In this document: positions 52,510 to 64,000 of the stretch, piece by piece
Layout: each line of letters starts with the position of its first letter
How positions within the stretch are numbered: the stretch's first letter is position 1
NCBI GenBank assembly: GCA_964016885.1
Contig: OZ024742.1
Span: forward strand, 145,204,001-145,268,000
Origin: Eledone cirrhosa
Lineage: Eukaryota
Length of the DNA: 64,000 bases
Direction: 5' to 3'
Position numbers and translations under genes: made by a program
Notes under the pieces: generated by a model
Told to the model about the DNA's origin: nothing
The model's input: the letters and a program-made list of their open reading frames with translations, nothing else
Databases searched by the model: none

Positions 52510-53810
52510 TGCAGTCAACAATGTGAGAGTAGGTAGTGAGGAATTCAATGTGCAGGCAGGTGTCCATAAGGCCTCACATTCAGGCCTGCCTTGTTTATTA
52601 AAGTTTTCCAGACCATAACTCTCTCTCTTTTTTTCTTAAGCCAGAAGGCTCATTTGGCCGATGTGTATCACGGTTTCATGGCGTGAAGTGACTGAGAGTA
52701 CAAGACCCCCCCCCCCCGAACAGAACGCCAGTTCATCGCAGGGTTAAACCCCCAGCATTGCTGGTACCCTTTTTCAACTGAGTATACTGGAGCAACGTGA
52801 AATGAAGTGTTTAGCTCAAGAACACAACACAACGCAGGAATGAACCGACAACATTATAATCATAAGTCCAACACCCTTACCACTAGGCCACATGCCTCCA
52901 CTCAGACCATAACAGAGGATTTTAAAAGCAAATGTCTATGAAAGATTCTGTATATTGATAACCTGGTTCTTATTTCTGAATGTGAAAGAACTAGAAAAGA
53001 AATTCCTACTGTGGAGACAGAACTTGGAATCAAAATGATTCAGAATAAATTTAGCAAACACCAAAGTTTTAGTAAGAAAAAAAGTAGCCATGCTCAATAT
53101 GTGGAAAAGAAGTAGGTAGGACTCCTATACAATGTATACAATTTAAAACATGGGTATGCAAGAGATGTGGGATTACGGAAAAAGTAGAAATTAAATGTGA
53201 GAGATATACAGAGGTTGTTAGTAGTAGGAGCTCCTGTGTAATAAACTTTCTGCAGTCCTAGAAGTACTCATAGAAGTAGATGTAGCTTTTGTTACCTAGG
53301 TGGCCTAAATAGCAGTTGAGGTGGTTACTCTGAAAGTATAGTAGCTAGAATAAGAACAGGATAGAAAAGGTTCAGAGAGATACTACCTCTGTTGACAACA
53401 AAAGGTTTCTTTGCATGAAAAAAGGCCAGCTGTATTATACCTGCAAACAAGTGCAATGTTGCATGAAAGTGAAGCATGGATATTAAATGCAGAGACTGAT
53501 GAGAAATGAAGCTAGCATGCTTCAATGGACATGTGATGTTAATATGCATGAATGACAAAGTGTGGAGCCTGAGAGAAAAACTGGGTTTAAGAGGAATGAA
53601 ATGTACAAGAGTGAAGACAACACTGGTATGGACATGTGATATGTATGGATACTGATTGTTGGGTGAAGAAGTGCCAGGAGTTTCTAGTGGAAGGAAGCTG
53701 CAGAAGAGGAAGACCAAGAAAAAGGAGCAGAAGTGATGAAAGTAGATCTCAAAATGCTGGATCTCACAGAAGAAATGACAAAGTATTGCAATAGGTGGAG
53801 GGAAATTGCT
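52510..53810 (+). mobile_element. Decayed RTE-clade LINE reverse-transcriptase/C-terminal fragment, interrupted by a SINE at 52620-52902
   Basis: Degenerate LYADDL (ctgtatattgataacctg), WYGHV and GRPRK motifs with many stops and frameshifts. Confidence 0.75.
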
Positions 53811-54020
53811 AAAAAAAAAATAAATGAGCTTAGAAAGCAACTATTTTGGTAAGGTGTTTGACAAAATTTAATATTTTCTTTTCCTGTTTGTTACTTTACA
53901 TTTTATTTCATTGATTTCAGTAAAAGCCTGCTGGGGCACTTGCTGTTGTTGTTTTACAAGAGCAGCTTGTTTGGCAAACATCAAACTAATATTTTGATTT
54001 ACCTCTTTATGGATTTACAG

Positions 54021-54167
54021 GAGTTATGGGTTGATGGCAAAAGACAAATTCGTCACATGCATACTTCTTCTGTTTCCGGGGTGGAAGACATGATTGGACT
54101 GGGAGACTTGAACGAGGCTGGTATATTGAGGAATCTGTTCATCCGTTACATGGACAACTTAATTTAT
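54021..54167 (+). CDS. MYO7A: Myosin VIIa coding exon 3 ([49 protein letters not shown])
   Basis: Acceptor atttacag, 147 nt, donor gtaagt. [22 protein letters not shown] is the start of the class VII myosin motor domain. Confidence 0.96.
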
Positions 54168-55510
54168 GTAAGTACTAAGCTCTATACTATTTATATCTGT
54201 ATTTTATTGTCCTATGTATTTAGTGATACCGAGATGTTGGCTATTGACATTCAAACTATAGCTATTCCATATTTTTGTATATCTAGGCTTACATTGCTCA
54301 GTGAAATTTTTCTGGTTTAAGGGGATAAAGTGAGACTTGAAGAAATTTGGTTGCTAGTGCTAGTAGGTCAAGCAACTGTATAAATGTTCATTCAGTGGTG
54401 CTGAAGTGATAAGTTTCCTAAATCCTTGCACAGCTGTTGTTCCAGAATTAGAACCAATATAATTTTGAATGGATCAAATCTATAAGCAAATAAAGGATTA
54501 AGCAAACTACCACTCTAAGCATAGATAAAGTCATGTTTTCTCAATATGACATTCATTGTTAAATATTTAGACATGGCCGAAGCATAGTCCAAAACAGATA
54601 AGTGGTAAATTGTGCCTGAAAAAGCTACATCTTCATGCCCAAATAGTATATTCAAGATCAGACAGAGAGAAAAACTAATTTACAAAGAGAGCAGTAGGCT
54701 TTTCTGTGCCTTCAAAAACTGAATTTAAAGAAGCTCTGAGGGGTAATACTATAAGTACAGGAAAGGGAAAATCCTTTTGGATATGAGGACAAAGCAAAGA
54801 TAAGCAGTGTGAAACACTATTTCATAAATTGTACCTCGGTATGTGAGGAGGCATGAAACAAGGATAACAGTCAGGAGCATAGTTGGGTCATTGTTACCTT
54901 TGTAAAGCACCAAAGTAGTGAGAAATGATGTGATCAGTATGGAATTTCCATGACCATTTCAGAACTGTGTCACATTATGGGTGATGACTAAAAAACAATA
55001 AGACTGGTAGTGCAGAGCAGAAAGTCCAGTTGTTACACTTGTGGCAGCAAAAGATATTTGAGGGATTTCTGTCTTGAGAAGTTGAAGAAACAAACAAATA
55101 ACAAAGCAATGTTTCTAGTACTGGTGCCATGATAAAACACACCCAGTACACTCTGTAATGTGGTTAGTGTTAGGAAGAACATGCAGCTGTAGAAACCATG
55201 CCAAAACACATATAAGCAAGAAATTGCCCTTGGTTTTTCTGGGAGAACAATAGCTCTGATTAAATACTGACTTGTTCTGTAACAATCTATCTAACCCATG
55301 TCAGTATGGAAATACATATGTTAAATCATGATGACGGTGGAGGTGTGTATTTGTGTATGTGTGTATTCATTGAGGAGGAAGTGGTTATCAATGAATATAA
55401 TGATCAACTATAAGCTTGTGTATGCATGTGTGAATATTCTATGGAGCGCAGTTTAAGGAAATTTAGTACTAGAGTAAACTTAAAGATATGATTGTATTTT
55501 ATCGTTACAG

Positions 55511-55695
55511 ACCTACACTGGATCAATTCTTGTAGCTGTGAATCCCTACCAAGTCCTGCCTCTTTATACAGCTGATATTATTCAGTCGTACAGGGACAAG
55601 AAAATTGGGGAACTCAGTCCTCACATATTTGCTATTGCTGACAACTCTTATTTCAGTATGAAAAGATACCAACAAGACCAGTGTGTAATTATCAG
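55511..55695 (+). CDS. MYO7A: Myosin VIIa coding exon 4 ([62 protein letters not shown])
   Basis: Acceptor ttttatcgttacag, 185 nt, phase-2 donor gtatga. Contains the myosin motifs [13 protein letters not shown] and PHIFAIAD. Confidence 0.97.
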
Positions 55696-56610
55696 GTATG
55701 ATACTGATGTAATTATCATGTAAGGTGTTGCTGTAATTATTGGGTAGAATGCTACTGTTATTATTCCCCCCACCCCACCCAACTACCACCACTATCAGCA
55801 TTTGTTTAAAGGTAGTGGATTGGCCAAATCATTAGAGTGTTTGGACTACATGCTTTATAGTATTTAGTTACAGCCTATTATATTCTGGATTCAAATTCCA
55901 CCAGAGTCAGCTTTGCCTTCCATTTTTCAATGGTTGATAAAATAAGTACCAGTGAGTACTGATTTGATATAATCAACTGATGGCTGGTAGTTATTATATA
56001 AATATGGTGGCTTGGATGTTCTGTAAGGAGAAGTTCCTGAACAATATACACCTTAGAAACATTTTGCCTCTGCATCTGAAAGAATACACAACACAAGCGC
56101 CTGGTTGTATTATGTTGTTTGGAAGAATACTATTCTTTATCAACCATGAAAATATATCATGTGTGTTTGTATATTTATTTATATATATGCACCTGACAGT
56201 AACTCCTTAAGATTTTAAAGATTTACATACAAATATACAAACAATGCATTTCTTATCTCGATCATGTTGCTACAATAAAAAGTTCACTTTCTAATCATGA
56301 GATCTTGAGTTCTAATCCAATATTTTTCCTTGCATATAGTTATTTTCCAAAGTTACTCATACATTTAATCATGTATGTCATTTGTACATATATGCTGAAC
56401 ATCTGTGCAATTCTATCCCAGAAATAAGTTATTTAAATATCATTTTTATCTTTAATCTCCTTCACGTGTTAGTGATCAATATAAACTATAGAGTTTATCT
56501 CATGCAAACATTAATTTATCAAAATGCAAATTTCCCAAATCTTGATATATATATATAGTATATTAATCCAGAAATAAAATACTTTCAACACTATTGCTAT
56601 CATTATTGAT

Positions 56611-57257
56611 GCAGTGGATTGGCAGTATCGGTAGAGGGTCGGATGCCATGCTTTGACGCATAGAGTTACGGCCCTTGCCATTCTGAGTTCAAATCGCGCC
56701 GAGGTTAACTTTGCCTTTCATCCTTACGGGGGTCGATAAAATAAAGTACCAGTAATGGACTGGGTAATTTCTGGCCTTGTGCCAAAAGTAGAAACAATTA
56801 TTGATGGCACTTGTCCATTAGTGTTTAATAATTGTTTCTACTTTTGGTACAAGGCCAGCAATAACCCAGTGCATTACTGGTACTTTATTTTATCGACCCC
56901 GTAAGGATGAAAGGCAAAGTTAACCTCGGCGCGATTTGAACTCAAAATGGCAAGAGCCGTAACTCTATGCGTCAAAGCATGGCATCCGACCCTCTACCGA
57001 TACTGCCAATCCACCGCCATTAGTGTTTAATAATGATAATTATTATGATAGGATACCTAACTTAATAATTGTTTCTACTTTTGGCACAAGGTCAGCAATT
57101 ATCCCAGTACATTACTGGTGCTTTATTTTATCGACCTCATGAGATTGAAAGGCAAAGTTAACCTCAGCAGGATTAGAACTCAGAACGTAAAGGGCCATAA
57201 CTCTATGCTGCAAAGCATGGTGTCTGATGCTCTACTGATACTGCCAATCCATCGCCT
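56611..57257. mobile_element. Cluster of three family A SINEs (56611-56800 +, 56829-57018 -, 57065-57257 -), each with its own TSD
   Basis: TSDs attattgatg, ccattagtgtttaataat and atacctaactt respectively. Confidence 0.9.
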
Positions 57258-57886
57258 ATAATACCTAACTTTATAATTACAAGTATTATGTAAACTAGTG
57301 AAAATGTTCTATCAATTCTACATGAATTGTAGCTGAACAAAAGGAATCACTTCACATTGAGCTGTGGATGCTTTTTATTTTACTGAATATTTTGGGTATG
57401 AGTAAATCATCAGGTGTTTCAGTTTGACATTAAAACAATAACTGAGTGCTTAATCATGTGGCTCGACTTTGATCTAGATTTACAGATGAACAGAATCTGG
57501 GTTTGGGAGATAACATAGTTGGCAAATCTGAAAACAAGCCATCCCACAAACATCAAGCAGTAGTGATCATCTATTGTGTGACAACTGATCAAACCAATAT
57601 TTGATCATAGATGATGACATTGTTATCAAAATAAAAATTGGATTTTAATTAAAAAAATCCTTATAGTAAGCTAGAAAAAAATTATAATAGTTAAGTTGGT
57701 GTTATACTTAAATTGGTGAACATTAAAAATATTAAAAGAAAAAACAACATTTGTTCAGTGACTAATAATTATTTTAGAAAGTATGAGAAAGAGCTCCATA
57801 CTCCATACATACACCACGCTAAATTGGCCTCTTCAGCAAAGCATACATTTAAACGTTCTTGCAGAAGAAGTGATGAAAGACTCACT

Positions 57887-57974
57887 AAGTAGATGTATTA
57901 TACAATAGTATTGTACATGAATAGGCATGAAAGTAGATGTATTATACAATAGTATTGTACATGAATAGGCATGA
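57887..57974. repeat. Perfect 44-bp tandem duplication
   Basis: aagtagatgtattatacaatagtattgtacatgaataggcatga x2. Confidence 0.95.
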
Positions 57975-58105
57975 AAACATGTTTAAATAAATAGATGTCC
58001 TGATTTGTTTTTAAAAATATATTTATTACTAGTTTGGTAACAGCTGCATTTAAAGTCATTGAACACTTATTGATCAGAGTTAGTTGAAACTAATTTATTA
58101 TTGTT

Positions 58106-58290
58106 GGTAGATTGGCAGTATCGGTAGAGGGTCGGACGCCATGCTTTCCAGCATAGTTACGTCCCTTTACGATCTGAGTTCAAATCCCGCCAAGGTTGAC
58201 TTTGCCTTTCATCCTTACGGGGTCGATAAAATAAAGTACCAGTAATGCACTGGGTAATTGCTGGCCTTGTGCCTAAAGTAGAAACAATTA
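58106..58290 (+). mobile_element. Young family A SINE with TSD attattgtt
   Basis: Near-identical to the copies at 20083 and 13256. Confidence 0.9.
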
Positions 58291-58774
58291 TTGTTAACAG
58301 AGATTACAGTTTGTGAAGACCTCTTTGCAATATCCATGTTCCACTCCATATAAAAACATTAATTTTGTGTGATAAGGATAAATCCTTAAAATTTTTAAAT
58401 GTATATGAGTATACATATGTACTACAATATGTAATATTTTACATTTTTTTTTCAATTTTCTTTAAATAATTCTGGAAATTTTGTCTAAATCTTTAAATAT
58501 TAAAAAAAGTTATGGTTTTAATACTTGAATATTTATTGTGGTTTAGAAATGGAATTGGATCTATGTTATAAACTAAACCTCTTTCATATTCACCCTTCTC
58601 CTCCTCTCCCCAGGATTACCCAACCCTTATAATCCTGACACACCAGTCATATCCCCTTAGTAGTTGTTATCATCACAGTACCTCCCTTACTATTAGCCTT
58701 ACTATTAGAGGTTACATCTGCCCTCCTATACATCACTCTCTCAAATCCCACCACTCCACCACACTTGTTATATA

Positions 58775-59550
58775 GGGCCCAAGTAAATGACCTGTAATAA
58801 GATTAGCTGCAAATACTGCAATAAGCAGCCATGAACCAAAACACGGGTGGCCCTTTAGCAAGGTTTAGCACTAGTTAGCCACCCAAGCCAAGGTTATGGT
58901 AAAGCTGCAGGCAGCAGAGCAATGGATGTGTTCAAGCAGATGAATTTCTTGAAACCAATGGTTATCATCACAAGACATCATGTATATGGACAGTAATGTC
59001 AGTGGTTGAGGCCACCAAGCTTCATAAGAAAGCTATTGCAATGCATGTAGACCAGGCAAATCACATGCAATATTTTTTCTATCAAAAAAATGACAAGTGA
59101 AACCTACAGCATCATGGTTTAAGCCTGTGCAATTAAGGATTGGTCAACTTTAAACTCAGCAGAGCAAGTTGATCATAATTGTGAAAGTCTGGTGTCAGTA
59201 TCTAAGCCTAAGTTTGTAATGTGCACCAAAGCTACCACAGTAAGTTCCTTCAAAATACGTACACTGAACCTAGCTGGTTGTACTGAGGAAATGTACTTTC
59301 TTGCAAACTCTTACAATATTGATATTGTTTTTGTCCAAGACTATAAACTTTGTCAACCATATGATGAAATTAAGTATTACAAAAAGCATCTTGATCATCA
59401 ACTTATTACAAGTTCTTGCTGGAAAAATGAAGCAAATGCCTCCTCAGAGGATTCCTTACGTCTAGGAAAGCTTATGAATGCATCACAAAAATTAAAAAAA
59501 CTTTCTAATTGCTGGATAATTATTGAACTGACATCTGGAAGGTGTGTTTG
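58775..59550 (+). mobile_element. Decayed LINE 5' part: AP-endonuclease N-terminus (RTE-like)
   Basis: TTVSSFKIRTLN...YNIDIVFVQDYK resembles the APE motifs (TxNVRTL...DIxxxQE); the left boundary is uncertain. Confidence 0.6.
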
Positions 59551-59659
59551 AGGACTCTGTCCCCCCCCCCCCACACACACACACTGCCCTCTCAGGAATA
59601 GGTGGGTGAAGAAGAAGGAGAACAACATATGACAACAGTGTCGTTTTTTTATTTTTCAG

Positions 59660-59781
59660 TGGAGAATCAGGTGCTGGCAAAACAGAGAGTACAAAATTAA
59701 TTCTACAGTTTTTAGCTGCAGTTAGTGGACAACATTCTTGGATTGAGCAGCAAATATTAGAGGCTAATCCAATTATGGAGG
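59660..59781 (+). CDS. MYO7A: Myosin VIIa coding exon 5 with P-loop ([40 protein letters not shown]); gene continues beyond the window
   Basis: Acceptor ttttttatttttcag, 122 nt, donor gtaagg. Contains the GESGAGKT P-loop; [19 protein letters not shown] is characteristic of myosin VII. Confidence 0.97.
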
Positions 59782-60103
59782 GTAAGGTTTCATATGTTTC
59801 TTTCCTTTGCATAAAAACTGTTCATAAACACTTTTTTATCCGACTATTTTTTCAAACATTTTTCTTTTTCTTATTTTAATATACAGTTGTCTTGAATGAA
59901 GTGTGAGTGTTTGTATATATAGTGCCAGTACTATGGTAAATTTCACAGTGCACTCTGTAAAAAGTGGAAACATATGTGAGATGCAGTTCCCAGTCCATCT
60001 GAGAGGTCAGTGGATCTGATTAAGTACTGACTTGATCTATGATGACCTGTCCAACACTTGCTAGCATGAAAAATGGACATTAAATGATGATTATATATAT
60101 ATA

Positions 60104-60350
60104 TATATATCATAAAACATGTCTATAGAATCACAAGATAAAATATATACCATATGGAGATTTCTTCATAGAAGCCTCATTCTTATAGCCTGGTCTATTT
60201 GATTTTTTATACAGTTAATTATGCTAATTGGGAGAGGAAATGGTATATATTTTATCTTGTGATTCTATAGACATGTTTTATGATATATAGCTCTGATTAT
60301 TTAATTTATTAAATTTCCATTGAGCCACAAAGTGACCTGTTGCAAAACAT
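60104..60350. mobile_element. Foldback element in (TA)n with perfect 50-bp inverted arms and a one-sided tail
   Basis: 60104-60153 is the exact reverse complement of 60240-60289; tail to about 60350, then (TA)n. Confidence 0.75.
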
Positions 60351-60355
60351 ATATG

Positions 60356-60394
<39 letters not shown>

Positions 60395-60395
60395 T

Positions 60396-60427
<32 letters not shown>

Positions 60428-61575
60428 AGGTTTTAATGAATGTTCTATCCATTTTTAAGGCTCAATAAAACAATAGAAAACACAATATCAGATTTATTTA
60501 ATTGTTAGTGTAGTCATCATTTTTCTCTGATCTCTCCCCATCTGTCAATATGCTTTTTAATACCATGTTCATAAAATTCTTTAGGTTTTTAACAAACACA
60601 CCATACATACCCATATATACACATATACATACATATATGTGTATGTATAAAAAAAAAATACCAACATACATATCATCATCATCATCATCACCGTTTTACG
60701 TCCGTTCTTCCACGCTAGCATGGGTTAGACGGGTTGTCCTGTTGTGGGCAGTGTCTGGTCGGCTGACCATGCCTTGCTCATACAGGAACTGATTCTGGCT
60801 TGATTTCTACAGCTGGATGCCCTTCCTAACACCAACCTCATTACAGTGAGTGCTGGGTGCTTTTTCGTGGCGCCTACACGTCCACTTTACAGTGTGGGCT
60901 GGGTGTTTTTTTGCCGTGGCACCTCCACGACCACCTTGCGGTGGGGGTATATTGTCTATATGCTTCAGCTTGTACCCATGGGAGGTTGGGTACTCTGTAT
61001 TACTGCGTGACGCCAGAAGTCACGACACTCACCTGCATATACAAACATACAGCAACTCGTGCACATACCCAACAATAATCTATCTATCTATATATATATA
61101 TATATATATATACACGTACATAAACATACACATATACACACATATACATATACATATGTACATGCATACATACATATACATAAACACCCACATATATATA
61201 AATATCTATATAAATCCACACACGCAAATACACATACACCCATACAAATACACGTATATACACATACACCCATACACATACACCACCCATACACACGCGC
61301 ACACACACTCACGCACAGACATATATATATAATATATGAATACATATATATACACACATACATATATATATATAAAAATACATAAATATACACAAATACA
61401 TATAAACACACACACACATATATATACACACACACACACATGCATACAAATATACATGCACAAACACAAAATATATATATATATGTTTTAAGTAGAGAAG
61501 GTAAAGGAAAGAAATAATTATATTGTGTTGTTTATTATGTAATTGAATAAAAAATATATATATATATGTGTGTAT

Positions 61576-62270
61576 ATCATCATCATCATCATCGTTTAAC
61601 ATCCATCTTCCACGCTAGCATGGGTTAGACGGTTTTGTTCCATTTGATGCGGGAATGGTCGGGAGACCATGTCTCGCTCGCACAGAAGCATCTCTGGCAG
61701 GGTTTTTTTACAGCTGGATGCCCTTCCTAACACCAACCTCATTACGGCCACCTTACAGTGTGGACTGTTGTGTCATCGACACAGTGGACGGAACAGGAGA
61801 GGGAGGATGGGGTAGGGTGTGAGCGGTGGGGTGTACATTGAGTTAAGAGGTGCCTACTGACTGTAGGTTTGTAAGCAATGGCAGTCAGGTCTTCTGTACA
61901 ACTGCATGGCACCAAAAGTCTCGATCCAGTGACATTGTCTTAGAGAGGTGTAGGTGGGCAAGGTCAGTTTTTATCACCTCGTCCCAGGTTTATCTTGGCC
62001 TACCCACTCCGCAGCTTCCATCAATTGTCATTGCCCTGCACTTTTTTATACAGCTGTCGTCCTTCATACACATCACATGTCCATACCAACGCAATCTCCT
62101 CTCCAGAACACAACATTTGATACCTCTTATGCTTAGTCTCCCTCTTAATCCGTTTATGCTTCGCCTTTCGCGCACATTACTATTACACATCCATCGGAGA
62201 TTGCAAGCTTCATTTCTTTCTAATCTACGCAGGTCTTCAGCACACAATGCCCAAGTCTCACTACCATGTA
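61576..62270 (-). mobile_element. RTE-clade LINE 3' end: ORF C-terminus plus 3'UTR and (GAT)n tail
   Basis: ORF 61990-62247 (LRWMCN...RRLRWYGHVMCM...GVGRPR) is the RTE C-terminal signature and is contiguous with the aggaagggcatccagctg 3'UTR. Confidence 0.88.
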
Positions 62271-64000
62271 ATATATATATATCTTTCCAAATGGTAATAT
62301 CAGGTGAATGTTTATTATTAAAATTATGACAGAACTAGTTGATAATAAACTAATTGACACTTATGAGGGGGTTGAGTTTTAAAAAGTGACTTCCTTAAAA
62401 ACTCATCACACCAGTTATCAAGTAAGTTATCATCACAACAGAAATCAGATTAAGCAGTAATGATATATGAATAAATAAACTGGTCTAGCTTGTTGAAAAA
62501 TATAAAACCAGTTAGGCATGTAATTTCAGCTACTGCAACTGATGAAAATAGGTAAGCTTCTATAAGAGCAATGGTTCTAGTGAGTCATGATAGTCTGGAA
62601 AAACATGCTTAAACTTGGATGTGGTATAGAAATAAATATTATTCACAAATAATGACAAGTTAATGAAGATATATTGCTATTAAAAATATATTTGTCTGTA
62701 CAAATATATGAATTAATAGAAAAAGTATTAAAAAAATGATTGATCTCCTACACTGAGAGTACAGCTTGTTCTCTCATGTGTGAAAGGTAAGCTGATGAAT
62801 GAGGTAATGTGTCCTTAGTTATAATTAAGAAAAAATAAAAAGCATGTTCATCATCATCATTTTAATGTCTGCTTTCCCTGCTATTCAGGGTCTACATAGA
62901 CCAAGTCAGTATTGAAGCAGAGCTACTGATCTTCCAGGCAGGCCAGGGATCTGCATCTTGCTTACATATGGTCTCACATTCTACCGAGTGCACAAGAGAG
63001 GTTGTCATGTCTTTGACACAACTTTACAGTTTGTATTGAGTGTTTGTATCATGTAGATCACCAACACTACGGAGGCTATCATGTCTTTGACATGACTGAA
63101 GTGTCCTCCCAACCCTTTGTTTAGAAAGCTTTCTATGGCTCAATGCCTTTCCTTTCACCAACCACTACAGTGTGTACTGGGTGCATTTATCATGTAGGTC
63201 ACCAACATGTGGGAGGTTATCATGTCTTTGATACAACTGAAGGTCCTCCCAATCCTTTGTTTAGCAAACTTTCTATGGCTCGATGCCCTTCATTTAACCA
63301 ACCACCTTACTGTGTGTACTGGGTGCATTTATTACTAAGATCACCAACACTAGGAAAGTTGATATTTCTGATAAAGACCTTTGTTCTCCACCTCAGCCCC
63401 TCATGTGTGTAAAACCATAGCCTTTGTTTCTCATGGTATTCTTATGTTTATATTTCCTGATTCATACCAATGTAAACCATGACTAGCCTATGCAATCTAA
63501 TAATGATTTTACATGTGTGTATCATCATCATCACCAACACAATCTTATGTCCACTTTCCATGCTGGCATGGGTTGGACTAGACAGGTCGGAAAATTTCAT
63601 CTTGCTCAAAAGTTCCATATTTGGTATGGTTCCTATAGCTGAAACTCCCTGACAGCCTATCTGCACTTCCACTACATCAATTGGGCATGAACTTTGAGTG
63701 GACCTTGTCTTAATGCCCACTTAAAAAAAGAAATGGACATGTTTTGATCTTATTTGATCCCTTTAGTGAAATGTATTCACTTAGCAATGTGGTTGACTAG
63801 AATGGTCAATTATATATAAGAGAGAGAAAATAAATTATACAGGTTGACTAAAAGGTAAAAAAAAAATAATGTTTAAATATGGTTTAATGTTTAAACATTT
63901 TATTTATGTGCATGTACTGCCTGTGTAAAAATGTTCCAAAATGTTTAATCAACTCAACTGTAGGAATTGTTTCCATTGCTTGCTTTCCTCGACTGTTTAA

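Noticed and set aside
53940-54320. 126-aa ORF as a single-exon gene or an MDLQELW-initiated isoform
   Set aside because: Only 54021-54167 has myosin similarity and it is bounded by canonical AG/GT. The in-frame ATG at 54009 lies in the acceptor tract, with no other support.
58775-58900. HDV-like ribozyme in the 5' region of the RTE-like fragment
   Set aside because: Plausible from knowledge of RTE elements, but I could not assemble the nested double pseudoknot from this sequence.
59492-59812. 106-aa minus-strand ORF (and 55523-55801)
   Set aside because: Antisense shadows of the myosin exons.

Overview
AT-rich, microsatellite-dense eukaryotic DNA. The repeat families and intron sizes suggest a mollusc, most likely an octopus-type cephalopod (inference). 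The only gene I can support is the 5' part of a class VII unconventional myosin (myosin VIIa/crinkled orthologue) on the + strand. It has five coding exons (3343-3360, 34224-34337, 54021-54167, 55511-55695, 59660-59781) running from MVILAK through the P-loop [10 protein letters not shown], separated by introns of 30.9, 19.7, 1.3 and 4.0 kb; the gene continues past the window. The introns hold tRNA-derived SINEs of several modular families, RTE/R4/CR1-type LINE fragments, Tc1/mariner-type MITEs, a non-autonomous Helitron, and a 112-bp tandem array derived from an RTE 3'UTR that sits in a ~2.6-3 kb tandem duplication. The most unusual signal is a set of foldback (inverted-arm) inserts embedded in (TA)n tracts. 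Three of them carry hammerhead-ribozyme-like folds, two with variant cores, an architecture resembling non-autonomous Penelope-like elements. Other items worth checking are a candidate alternative first coding exon (8648-8752) and closely spaced inverted SINE pairs. Nearly all ORFs in the supplied track are repeat artefacts.
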